NCBI RefSeq assembly: GCF_044704955.1
Contig: NC_091993.1
Span: 117,366,001-117,430,000, forward strand
Reading direction: 5' to 3'
Source: Pristiophorus japonicus
Taxonomy: Eukaryota
DNA: 64,000 nucleotides
Made by a program: the position numbers and the translations under genes. A model generated the notes under the pieces. It had not been told where the DNA came from, searched no databases, and saw only the letters and a list, made by a program, of their open reading frames with translations. Within the stretch, counting starts at the first letter, position 1; each line of letters begins with the position of its first letter. This document shows, piece by piece, positions 12,256-24,074 of this stretch.

Positions 12256-12660
12256 TCTGGCTGATTGGCACGTTAATAAAGGCGTGCGTTGTTCAGATGC
12301 GTTATTTTTTACAGTAAATTCAGGTGGTTATATTTTCAGCAATAGTACAGGAAATAAGACCTGTCAGGGTGATTCAATAGCACGCATACCCTGCCTGGCC
12401 ACACCTCCCATAACGTCGATCATCATATCTGCAGGCATTGCAATAATCCTCCTGGCAGCAATTGTCTACAGATCACCAAAGAGACAGATGTGGAGCTGTG
12501 CCTTCTGCTGCAAGGACACCTGCAGCTAACATGCAGCATTATCTCAGACCTAGCTTCCTGCTTTCTTGTTCCTCATTTCAATTAGCTCTCATATCGAAAT
12601 AAGTATCTAAGAGCTGGATGACTTGCAACAAGTGCTGACCTGAACTTTGCAAAGAAAACA

Positions 12661-12697
12661 ATGTGGATTCTGATTCTTCTCATGTGTTCGTTGCCCG
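12661..12697 (+). CDS. CD300/pIgR-like (MDIR-like) receptor, copy B, exon 1: signal peptide
   Basis: ATG in aacaATG context; MWILILLMCSLP + G|gtgagt (phase 1). Joins exon 2 in frame to give ...SLPVSGALW. Confidence 0.85.
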
Positions 12698-13716
12698 GTG
12701 AGTGACATTCAGAGCGGGATATTCAGATAATCAGTGTTCGTTTGAGTCTAGTGTACGGTTCATGCAGCAGAGATGTTTAAATAATTGTAGACATGTAAAG
12801 GCACAAAATACTCGGCAAAAATATATATGAGTAATATTTGTGTGAAGTCTTGTCATCTCTTTTTGACTGTACTATTGTACAGCACACATACTTACCAATA
12901 TATACTAAACGGCATTATTCATTCTGGAACTCCCTGCCTAAACCGCTCCGCCTCTCTACCTCTCTTTCGTCCTTCAAGACGTTCCTGAAAATATATCTCT
13001 TTGACCAAGCTTTTGGTCACCTGTGCAAACTGTGGCTCGGTGTCAATTTTTTAAAAATCACATAATATTCCTGTGAAACGCCTTCCGAAGTTTCACTCCG
13101 TTAAAGGCACTAAGTTGTTGATGTTGTGATTGGAAAATAAAAGGCTAATTTAATTTTTAATCTGTCTATTTGGCAATCTTCCTCTGTTCAAACCTTCCTC
13201 TTTCTGATCCGATCTGTTTTACCTCACGTTTCGCTCCTTTAAAGATACACGAGTATCATATTCAAGATGCAAAGATAACCCATTTTAACCTGTAAAAAGT
13301 GATTTTTAATGTAGTCTGATGTCCAATATACACTGAAGACTGCAGTGGTAATAATCCCTCACACCGAACATGTCTGGAGCTTGCAATATTTCTGTTAATT
13401 AAAGTACAGCTGATGAAGTATTGTTTTATGAGGCTCTGTCAGTGACACTGTTCCTCACTGCTAGAGGCTGGGTCTATATTACTCCCAGTAAGTAACCGTT
13501 TCCTTCTCCTCTTTAACTCGAACCAAGTAGATTTAGCTTTTTCACTCCCGACCCATATTAACGATATTATGATATAATGGAAGTTTAGATTAACACTACC
13601 ACCTCTCCTCCATTTAGGACAAATATTTGTTCCCAGCAATGCTGCACTCCCAGTCCCACCCTACTCTAAACCACGACCGTTAATTCTATTACATCAAACC
13701 TCCCCATAAAGATTTG

Positions 13717-13915
13717 TGTTATGTATGCGAACCTCACCTGTGTGTAAGACTTGCCACTAGAGGGCACACCTATGGGAGACCTATGGATCACCTGTGTACC
13801 CTGGCGCAAGCAGGTATAAGAAGCAGGCCACCAAGTTGCTGCCTCACTTTGGAGTAATATTAAAGAGACCAAGGTCACAATGGTTTGAATTTACAACACA
13901 GTCTCGTCTGGAGAA
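13717..13915 (+). mobile_element. Truncated Gypsy-type LTR fragment
   Basis: Starts TGTTATGTATG exactly where homology to copies A and C stops. Contains tataag, attaaa and aaggtcaca in the same order as the LTR at 58550. Confidence 0.6.
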
Positions 13916-16405
13916 CTCCATTTTTATGGGATTCTGATCCCTCCATAAGTCTCTCAAATTTAAATCTGTCTGCACTTTTACAATATCCCTCTGGAGTTAT
14001 CATCTTTAAAGGTCATCTGGGCTGAAATGTCCATTCGAGATTAAAGAAAAACTTTATCCCCCACTCGACAAGGGTTTTCTGTCTCTGTCACTTCTGTGAA
14101 TAACCACCGAAAAAACTCACGCCATTTGCAATGGCCATTCGCCGCATAGATATTAAAGAGATCACAATTCAATTCCTCCATCTTTACCTTTAGCTGTAAA
14201 AATCTCCTTCAGTGTCCTCATCCACCAAGGCAAGGTTCTCTTTTATGGACGAACTCACTAAAACAGTCACCCCTCTATGGTTATTATTTGCACAACTTGC
14301 AAACACTTCTCCTTTCCAAACATTCTGAACTCTTTCTCGGATATCCTCATCCCAAAACACAACAGGTCAGTGCCTTTAAAACACTGCAACAACTGCTATT
14401 ATTTTTTCTCTCCCATCAGTCCATTCACATTAATCGAGACCAAGGTAATCATTGCTCCTAATAAAAGAAGTGTGCCTGATCAGCCATCCATCATTTAATC
14501 TCTGGATGTTCCCTCCTCTCATGCTCCTTCCCAACTTTTTGGGCAGCTGCTGCTTTCTCCTGCAGCCTCTGGTTCTTTTTCACCTCCGGTTTGAACTTTC
14601 CCTGCAGTTTCAGCCTCTTCCTTACATTACATTTAGGCCATGGAGCTGCCCCTTCTCCCTTCTTCTGCCCCTCATTAACCTTTCCCTTTCCACATGATGC
14701 CGTACCATCCCACCTCACCAATTCTATGTCTCCATTCTCCTCTGCCTCCTCACTCTCAAGCTCTTCTGTAATCTCCTCCAATCTTGCTGCCTATGGGTGT
14801 CTTTGTCTCCCTGCTCCCATCCTGCTGCCCCTTTAAGCTTTTGCATCCTCACCTTTTCTTACCCCCTTCTGCTCCCCGAGATTTACAAGCCCCCATCTTT
14901 CTTTGGAGTACTTACACTTACCCCGCACCCCGCTCCCACCTCTGCTCCCCCCATGGATACCTGATCCTTTAAGAAAAAGCGAGCCTTATTATGGCGAAAC
15001 TATCTGCAGCATCACGCCCTCCATAACTGTGGTCAAGATCTTATAATCCACATTTAATAATGTGAACGGGCCTCCAATTCTTCAGATCCCTTCTATCCCC
15101 TTTATTTTCATAAGCTAAGTTTATGATACCCCTCCTCATAGATGGGGACAGGGTTCATTCAGTATTCATCTCCTTAAAAACCTCTAAGACCAAATGGACT
15201 TAATCTCTCAGCATTCTTTACAGAATTCTGCATAGTCCATCGGACCCAGGGCTTTCCCTTCACTTTCATTAATGATCTCTGTCCTTGACCTGTGATATCC
15301 ACCACTGACTTTGTCCTTTTCTACCACACTTGGTGTATTTTCCACTATTTCCATCCTGTTTTCTGCTCTGCAATTTTCTGCCTCTTCTTGAACTCTTTTC
15401 TCATTCCGTTCGGTCGCTGTGTCCACTGCCTGCTCTGCTCTTCTGGCCCCTCCCCTCACACCTCCTACTCCTTCTCCCATCTCCTCGTCGCTCACGGGGC
15501 TTGCTTCTGCCTCGCACTCACAGCGGCTGGGGCCTTTGTGACAAACCACACAGCTCTCTGCCTTGCAGTTCCGAGCGATGTGTCCAGACTCACCACAGTT
15601 ATAACAGTACAAGTCAGGACAGCTTTGTACAAGATGGTCGTGTCCAAGACAGTAATATCAAACCTTCACCTGATTATCATGCAGTACCCGGGAGTACTGC
15701 ACTCCGTCCATTGTCTCAAATTTCATACTGTAGGGTAATGACTTCACCCTCTCTGGAAAACGCACCGTTACACAACGGGTTCCATCTGCTACCCACATTC
15801 CTGGATAGTATCTCCTCTTTATTACTGAGAAAAGTTTAATGTCCCACCACACCAACTTTTTTTTATCAGCACATCATCCTCAACACAAACCAGCAGGTTT
15901 AAAAATGAGACCACCACCTCTTCAGTGTACAGCAGACATACATCCAAGTATTCTCATTAACCTTCAGGCTCAGTAATAGCCTCTTCAGCTACTCTCGGCC
16001 ACTGACCACCACTTCCAATCCAACAATCGGCTTTGGTCAGCAAGCAAAGCAACTTCCCTCGCCGCAGTTCTCATGTTCTGCCTGGATGATATCCCAAGCA
16101 GCCACTCCTTATCCTGGCAGTGAACTATCACCGTGTCATCTTTTCCAAACTGCCTGAGGTCCCGGCCCAAATATTTGGGCCTTTTATTCTCACTTCCCAA
16201 AACATTTTCTTCCCTGATTAAATTCATCCTGGGAGCATTGTCCTCAGAGGGGCTGGCACTCCAGGCCTCTCAGCAGCCATCTGGCTGCTGTTTATGGGAC
16301 AAACAGGCCCTAAAATTTGAAATAAAACACCAACAATGTTTTACAAACTCACTCCAAATCCTGCAGTAATCAGCAGCACCTGCTCACTCCTAGCCCCTCC
16401 CGCCT
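13905..16405 (-). mobile_element. Tx1/L1-clade LINE, 5' part (ORF1 with CCHC knuckle + start of APE endonuclease), decayed
   Basis: ORF1 'YYPGMWVADGTRCVTVRFP..SLPYSMKFET..SRVLHDNQ' and 'CYNCGESGHIARNC'. ORF2 start MITLVSINVNGL at ~14452-14417 and LFNIYAA at ~14160-14140. Confidence 0.8.
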
Positions 16406-16679
16406 AGAGAATGTTAACACTGAGCCACAGCTGGCTCAATAACAACAGTGACTGTACTTCAAAAGTAAATCAATGGCTGTGAAGCGCTTTGGCACATCCT
16501 GAGCATGTGATCAGACACTATATTAATGTTTTCTTTCATCACAAACTGGAAGGAACTCAACTGTATCAATAGATGTAGGGGTGAGATTCCTCTGTACAGA
16601 GTGGTAACTCTTATTAAAATGTATCTCTTTGTATTAAGCAGTTATTTCCTGTTCAATTTCTGAAATGTTGTCTCCTCAG

Positions 16680-17000
16680 TTTCAGGTGCATTGTGGGCAA
16701 ATAATTCAGCAAGAGGAATTGTGGGAAGAGCGATCACCATAGAATGTCACTATGACCAAAGGTACCGGTCACATGTGAAATATTGGTGTCATGGCAGGAC
16801 TCGGCTATGTTCAGTTGTAGTAACAACAGATGATCAACATGGATGGGGAGGAAGAGTGTCAATCACAGATAACCAGACAGCAGGAATATTTGTTGTTACG
16901 ATGAAGGACCTTCGCTCAGCAGATGCAGGATGGTACAGTTGTGGTATTACACAATCTGGCATTAATACAATGTTTCCTGTAGAGCTACAAATATCTCACG
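16680..17000 (+). CDS. Copy B exon 2: Ig V-set domain of CD300/pIgR/TREM type
   Basis: Acceptor tctcctcag|, donor G|gtacgt (phase 1-1). 'ITIECHY..KYWC..LC..RVSITDN..FVVTMKDL..DAGWYSCG' includes the extra C-C' cysteine pair typical of CD300/pIgR domains. Confidence 0.92.
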
Positions 17001-17627
17001 GTACGTTTCTCAGCGATGTGCTTTATTACTCTCTACTGAACTGTCTGATCAATGTTGCATCTGGGAGGAAACATGAGAGCTCCGATATCCCGAGGCTCCG
17101 CAGCAGTGCAGAGTCTCACAGGTAGTGGGCAGAGGTGGGGAAATCCGACTCACGGTGCACACTCCCAATCCGTGGCCTGCCCAACTTCCCGACCAGGAAT
17201 TTCAAGTATTATGGGACTAACAATTCCTTGAACTACAGAGTGTTGTGCCAGACATCACATGGGAGGCTCACCACATGTCCCTGTCTCTGAGCTGTATTAA
17301 ATGTCCCACTGTCAGAGGTTTGCCTTCAGACTGAAACTAATAGTCAGACAATAACAAAAGCAGTGAGCAGCAAGTCGTTACTAATGGTATTAATTCCTTG
17401 ACATTAATAAAAAATACCTGTAATCCACAGAGTTTAACAGATTTCCTATTTTCCTGATATGATGGGTAGCTCACATCATCAATGAGATATTTGGTCAACT
17501 TTATAAACAATATAAAATAAAATTGAAAAGCTGGTCATTGTTTTGATGGTAAAATAAGCCTCGTTATTAAATGTTGAGACATTAGCTTCTTTCCCAGCAT
17601 AACCTCCTGATGGATCAACTGTTAGAT

Positions 17628-20600
17628 GCAATGGTCTGGATATTAACTTCGAGACATGTTCGGTGCAGGGGATCCAATATCCCCTGGGAAACCCGGAAGT
17701 AATTTCAGTCTGTCTGTCTGGCATTTTAACGCAGCCGGCCCATTATAATTTACTCCCGGGTTTGGCGTTGTATGCGCGGTAATGGGAGTGGTGCGGACAC
17801 ACATGATGTGATCTTAACTGAAGTATTTAAAGGATCAATCCAAAGATGGAATTTGGAGAAGTTGGGAGGCTGCGAACATCGACGGCAATTGCAGAAGATC
17901 GACTCAGGACGCTCAAAGCCCGCGCCCCACTTTAACCACGCTTCTCTTGATGTGCTGATGGGGGCAGTGAGGAGTCGGGGAGAGATTTTCTTCCCAGAAA
18001 CGAGAGGAAGAAACCTATAAAGGAGCCGTGCCTGGATGTGGCTGAAGGTGTCAGCAGCAGGAGCATTATACCACGCTTCTGCTGCTGACACCAAGAAGTT
18101 CTTTAATGACCTAACTAGCTTAGGAAAGGTGAGTACAGCTGCACATTCACTATCTACCCATTGTACATATCACCCACCCCCTCACCCTGTCTTATCAAGT
18201 CTACTGCATTATATCGCTCCTCATACCCACTTACCTTGCATGCGCACCCAAACTTCTCTTTCTATGCAATTCCTCTCATCCCCATCTCTCCATCCACCTC
18301 GGCCTCCCATCCTGATTCTTATGCAATATCATGCCTCTCACTGATAGTCACCCTCACCATATGCACGACATCCATCAGGTGAACACATGCCACTCCAGTC
18401 ACTCATGGGTCTGTTCTTTCTCCCGTTACAGGAGAAGAGAGCGCAGACACTCGCGAGCGAGAGAGAACCACAGGAGGTCCTCCACAGATCTCACAGCTAA
18501 CAAATGCAGAGGAGGAAGCGCTGGAGATCAGTGGCAACCCGGTGTCCCTGGCTATTGGAGATGGGGACCTCCCAGCTAACTGGTGACAGAATTAAATATC
18601 ATGAACCCACATGTCATACAACACTCAATCAGGAGAGAGCTTTAGTTTCCTGAACAATTGGGACCGCTTCTGGGGTAGGTGGGACCTGTACAAGTCGGAC
18701 AGGTTACACCTCAACAGACACGGGACCAATGTTCTCACGGGTGGTTTTGATAGTACGGTTGGGAGGGATTTAAACTAGCTTGGCAGGGGAATGGGAACCT
18801 AGGAGAGGGCTCTGAGCTAGTTAGGGTGGGTGAGAGCTCAGATGAACAGAACCCCAAGAAAGAATGCAAAAGGCAGGAGGCAACAGAGCAGAGTAGCACT
18901 GGGGTAAGTGTAAACCACAAGGTGATAGGAAGGGACAATATGTATGAATATAAAGGGGCTGCAGGAGGGGTCAAAACTAAAAATCATGGTTTAAAAACTA
19001 GTATTAAAACACTTTACCTAAACGCACGCAGCATTTGAAACAAAGTAAATGAGTTGATGGCACAAATCATTACAAATGGGTATGATTTGGTGGCCTTACT
19101 GAAACGTGGTTGCAGGGTGGCCAAAACTGGGAATTAAACATACAGGGGTATCTGACAATCTCACCAGCACATCTCCCTCTCCATGTCTCTCCATCCTCCC
19201 AGCAGCCTGAACTACCATGTCTGCCATTATATCAGAATAAGGGTGTCTGGCAATTCGGAAGGATAGACAAGAAGGAAAAGGAGGTGGGGTAGCTCTGTTA
19301 ATAAAGAAATATATCAGGGCAGTTGTGAGAGATGATATTGGCTCTAATGAACAAAATGTTGAATCATTGTGGGTGGAGATTAGAGATAGTAAGGGGAAAA
19401 AGTCACTGGTGGGCATAGTTTATAGGCCCCCAAATAATAACTTCACGGTGGGGCGGACAATAATCAAGGGAATAATGGATGCATGTGAAAAAGGAACGGC
19501 AGTAATCATGGGGGATTTTAACCTACATATCGATTGGTCAAATCAAATCGCACGGGGTAGCCTGGAGGAGGAATTCATAGAATGCATACGGGATTGTTTC
19601 TTAGAACAGTATGTTACAGAACCTACAAGAGAACAAGCTACCTTAGATCTGGTCCTGTGTAATGAGACAGGAATAATAAACGATCTCCTAGCAAAAGATC
19701 TGCTCGGAATGAGTGATCACAGTATGGTTGAATTTGCAATACAGATTGAGGGTGAGGAAGTAGTGTCTCAAACAAGCGTACTATGCTTAAACAAAGGGGA
19801 CTACAGTGGGATGAGGGCAGAGTTAGCTAAAGTAGGCTGGGAACACAGACTAAATGGTGGCACAATTGAGGAACAGTGGAGGACTTTTAAGGAGCTCTTT
19901 CATAGTGCTCAACAAAAATATATTCCAGTGAAAAAGAAGGGCGGTAAGAGAAGGGATAACCAGCCATGGATAACCAAGGAAATAAAGGAGAGTATCAAAT
20001 TAAAAACCAATGCGTATAAAGGGCCAAGGTTAGTGGGAAACTAGAAGATTGGGAAAATTTTAAACGACAGCAAAGAATGACTAAGAAAGCAATAAAGAAA
20101 GGAAAGATAGATTCCGAAAGTAAACTTGCGCAAAACATAAAAACAGAAAGTAAAAGCTTTTACCGATATATAAAACGGAAGAGAGTGACTAAAGTAAATG
20201 TTGGTCCCTTAGAAGATGAGAAGGGGGATTTAATAAAGGAAAATGTGGAAATGGCTGAGACCTTAAACAATTATTTTACTTCGGTCTTCACAGTGGAAGA
20301 CACAAAAACCATGCCAAAAATTGCTGGTCACGGGAATGTGGGAAGGGAGGACCTTGAGACAATCACTATCACTAGGGGGGTAGTGCTGGACAGGCTAATG
20401 GGACTCAAGGTAGACTAGTCCCCTGGTTCTGATGAAATGCAACCCAGGGTATTAAAAGAGATGGCGGAAGTTATAGCAGATGCATTCGTTATAATCTACG
20501 AAAATTATCTTGGCTCTGGGGAGGTACCAGCGGATTGGAAAGCAGCTAATGTAACGTCTCTGTTTAAAAAGGGGTGCAGACAAAAGGCAGGTAACTATAG

Positions 20601-23565
20601 GCCGGTTAGTTTAACATCTGTAGTGGGGAAAATGCTTGAAGCTATCATTAAGGAAGAAATAGCGGGATATCTAGATAGGAATAATGCAATCAAGCAGATG
20701 CAACATGGATTCATGAAAGGGAAATCATGTGTAACTAATTTACTGAAATTCTTTGAGGATATAACGAGCATGGTGGATAGAGGTGCACCGATTGATGTGG
20801 TGTATTTAGATTTCGAAAAGGCATTCGATAAGGTGCCTCACAAAAGGTACTGCAGAAGATAAAGGTACACGGAGTCAGAGGAAATGTATTAGCATGGATC
20901 GAGAATTGGGTGGCTAACAGAAAGCAGAGAGTCGGGATAAATGGGTCCTTTTCGGGTTGGAAATCGGTGGTTAGTAGTATGCCACAGGGATCGGTGCTGG
21001 GACCACAACTGTTTACAATATACATAGATGACCTGGAAGAGGGGACAGAGTGTAGTGTAACAAAATTTGCAGATGACACTCAGATTAGTGGGAAAGTGGG
21101 TTGTGTAGAGGACACAGAGAGGCTGCAAAGAGATTTAGATAGGTTAAGCGAATGGGCTAAGGTTTGGCAGATGGAATACAATGAGGGAAAATGTGAGGTC
21201 ATCCACCTTGGAAAAAAAAACAGTAATAAGGGATATTATTTGAATGGAGAGAAATTACAACATGCTGATGTGCAGAGGGACCTGGGGGTCCTTGTGCATG
21301 AATCCCAAAAAGTTAGTTTGAAGATGCAGCAGGTAATCAGGAAGGCGACTGGAATGTTGGCCTTCATTGCAAGAGGGATGGAGTACAAAAGCAGGGAGGT
21401 CCTGCTGCAACTGTATAGGGTATTGGTGAGGCCGCACCTGGAGTACTGCATGCAGTTTTGGTCACCTTACTTAAGGAAGGATATACTAGCTTTGGAGGGG
21501 GTGCAGAGGCGATTCACTAGGCTGATTCTGGAGATAAGGGGGTTACCTTATAATGATAGATTGAGTAGTCTGGGTCTTTACTCGTTGGAGTTCAGAAGGA
21601 TTAGAGGTGATCTTATAGAAACATTTAAAATAATGAAAGGGATAGACAAGATAGAGGCAGAGAGGTTGTTTCCAATGGTCGGGGAGACTAGAACTAGGGG
21701 GCACAGCCTCAAAATATGGGGGAGCCAATTTAAAACCGAGTTGAGAAGGAATTTCTTCTCCCAGAGGCTTGTGAATCTGTGGAATTCTCTGACCAAGGAA
21801 GCAGTTGAGGCTAGCTCATTGAATATATTCAAATCACAGATCTATAGATTTTTAACCAATAAGGGAATTAAGGGTTATGGGGAGCAGGTGGGTAAGTGGA
21901 GCTGAGTCCACGCCCAGATCAGCCATGATCTTGTTGAATGGCGGAGCAGGCTCGAGGGCTAGATGGCCTACTCCTGTTCCTAATTCTTATATTATGTTCA
22001 CCTGGTTTCAGCAGAGAGTCAGATATAATCATCCTCATTATGATAGGTTTTAACATTCTTATTTTGCCAGTACTAATTCATATCTTTTCTCTCTGCCAGG
22101 GCCTTCACACATGCAGCAGCAGTCAGTGGACCTTGCAGACGATGAACCCTCAGAAGAACTGATTCCTTCTGAGGATGCACCATCACAGGACTCATGCTTA
22201 CCAGGCACCAACGCAGATACTCACACTTTGGTGGGCCCAGTTAGACAGATAATTGGGTTTTCACCTGGAGACTCACACTGCACAAGTGAGCAAGAACAGA
22301 GAGTGATGGCCGGGACAGCTGCTCAGAGTCCGGGTCGGAGGGCACAGTACTCTCCAAACCCTGCTCAGCTGGACACAGGTTCTGTACCCCGATGGCCAGC
22401 GATGAAAAGGATAATCATTGAGGGGCAGCAGAAAACCTGGTACATACTGTCAGGCCTCCCACCGCACTGTCCACAATTGCAGAGAGACTTGAGGAGTCCA
22501 TGTCAGGCAGGAGTGGGTTGATGTCACAGGGCATTGCATTGATTGTTTTCTTCCATGAATAGAATGGCCAACTCCATGCAAGCATTGACCACGGCCGTGT
22601 AGTCTCTTGGTGCCAACATATCTGGTGCCTTAAATAGTATGACAGACACCTTATCCTTGGCCTTACAGCGCATCACTGATCTGCACCAAGCTGCTCACCA
22701 GCAGAGAGGTAGGAGTGAAATGTGACTAGGCCAGCAGATGGTGGAAGACGATATGGAAGTGGGGACTCCACCATTGTCTCACCCTACTCTTCAGTCAGTA
22801 CCCGACATGCTGCCTCCTTTCCCGATGGCTGAGTCTGCCCCTGCACAGATGCGGGTGGAGCAGACTTTGGCTGAGCCCTCATGGGCTCCAAACCCAGAGG
22901 TCATCGACCAAGTGCTTCTCAACAGTCAGAGCAGGGATCTGAGCAGCCTACCTCTACCTCTGCTGAAGTCATAAATGTTGCACCACATAGAAGCGGTCGG
23001 AAAAGGCAGAGTAAAGCTGTGTAATTGCAGAAGTATATCCACGTGTGTGTTTGAGTAATTGGTTGCTGTGTGGCAACTGGTCTTTTCAGTTGCTCATTCA
23101 TGAATGGGAAGACATGAATTGACGGAGAGCAATGGGGGAATGGGCAATGGGTGGTTGGTGGGTAGCAGGTCTGCTTTGTGTCAGTGGGATTGGTGGGGGT
23201 GTGGGGAGTTGAGAGCGGCCGTTGGATGTGGTTGTTACATCAGCCCAGTGATGGTAACTGAGTGAACCTTCCAGCTATAAGGAAACGCTGGCATCGCGGG
23301 CAGCATTATCATTGAATGGTGCTGCGTTAGGGTCGCAATCTCCTCCTCCTCATCCTGCTCCTTTTCCTCTTATCTTCCTCCTCTGTCTCGGAATAGTCCG
23401 CAGACAACGTGTGCTCAGCTCCTAGTTCCTCCTGCAGCTCCAATCTCGCTGCTGCGCAGTGTTGTGCAGAGCGCAGCAAACCACCATCATTCTGGAGTCC
23501 CAGGCTGGTGAGCATTGAAGGGCATCTCCGGATCTTTCCAGGCAACTGAAGCGCATCTTGAGGGT
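17628..23565. mobile_element. Harbinger transposon relic with convergent Myb-like gene (+) and transposase 3' end (-), interrupted by a CR1
   Basis: + strand: APHFNHASLDVLMGAV..WLKVS..KKFFNDL then a gtgagt donor at 18129, with further exon-like pieces at ~18432 and ~22100. - strand ~23460-23562: LKMRFSCLERSGDALQCSP..MMVVCCALHN (Harbinger DDE transposase C-terminus). Confidence 0.75.
18630..21998 (+). mobile_element. CR1 LINE copy 1 (ORF1 end + whole ORF2, multiple stops/frameshifts), chimeric
   Basis: APE, RT (PQGSVLGP, FADD) and C-terminal motifs in ORFs 19325-21905, plus 3'UTR and tail. An ~80-bp non-CR1 insert lies at ~19160-19238. Confidence 0.95.
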
Positions 23566-24074
23566 GATGTCAGGTAACACTTGTTCATAAAAAAGGCTCA
23601 TGAAATTCTGGAACTGTCTAACCCAGAAATTTGTTGAGGCTTGGGATCAATTGAAAATTTCAAAACTGAGAATGACAGATTTAAGCAAGGGTATTAAGTT
23701 TGATGGAACCGAGGCAGGTAGATGGAGTTAAGATACTGATCATCCGAGATCTAATTGAATGGCGGAATAGGTTCGAGGGGCTGAAAGGCCCACTCCCTTT
23801 TCTATGTTCAGGACCCCCTGCTGATTTTTCAATGTATCGCAGCGTATGAGTAGAAAAGTGATCTAACGCCACAAAACATGTAACAGATATCTGCCAGTTT
23901 TTTGCCTGCATATTCTGCTATAGTTTTCTCGGACTGTCTCCAAATCATTCACATTCGAGAGTCAAACGATGAAACAACAATGGAGACTGGCTACCTACTA
24001 CTGAGAGAAACTGTTAGCCCTGATTTTCACATTGACACATCCACAGTATCATTGCTGCTGTCCCGAGACCTGCT

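Noticed and set aside
12284-12529. ORF with a TM-like stretch and Cys-rich tail (ITSIIISAGIAIILLAAIVYRSPKR..CAFCC) after an acceptor-like ttttttacag, suggesting a second membrane protein or a viral env relic
   Set aside because: Other frames of the same DNA give Harbinger transposase motifs (RSSYLQ, LQITKETDVELCLLLQGHLQ), and the paralogous copy at ~7020-7240 is frameshifted. The TM look is best explained as off-frame chance.
17001-17125. ORF extension beyond the V exon (and similarly 29996-30102) as a secreted isoform
   Set aside because: Read-through past good splice donors with no supporting evidence; would need transcript data.
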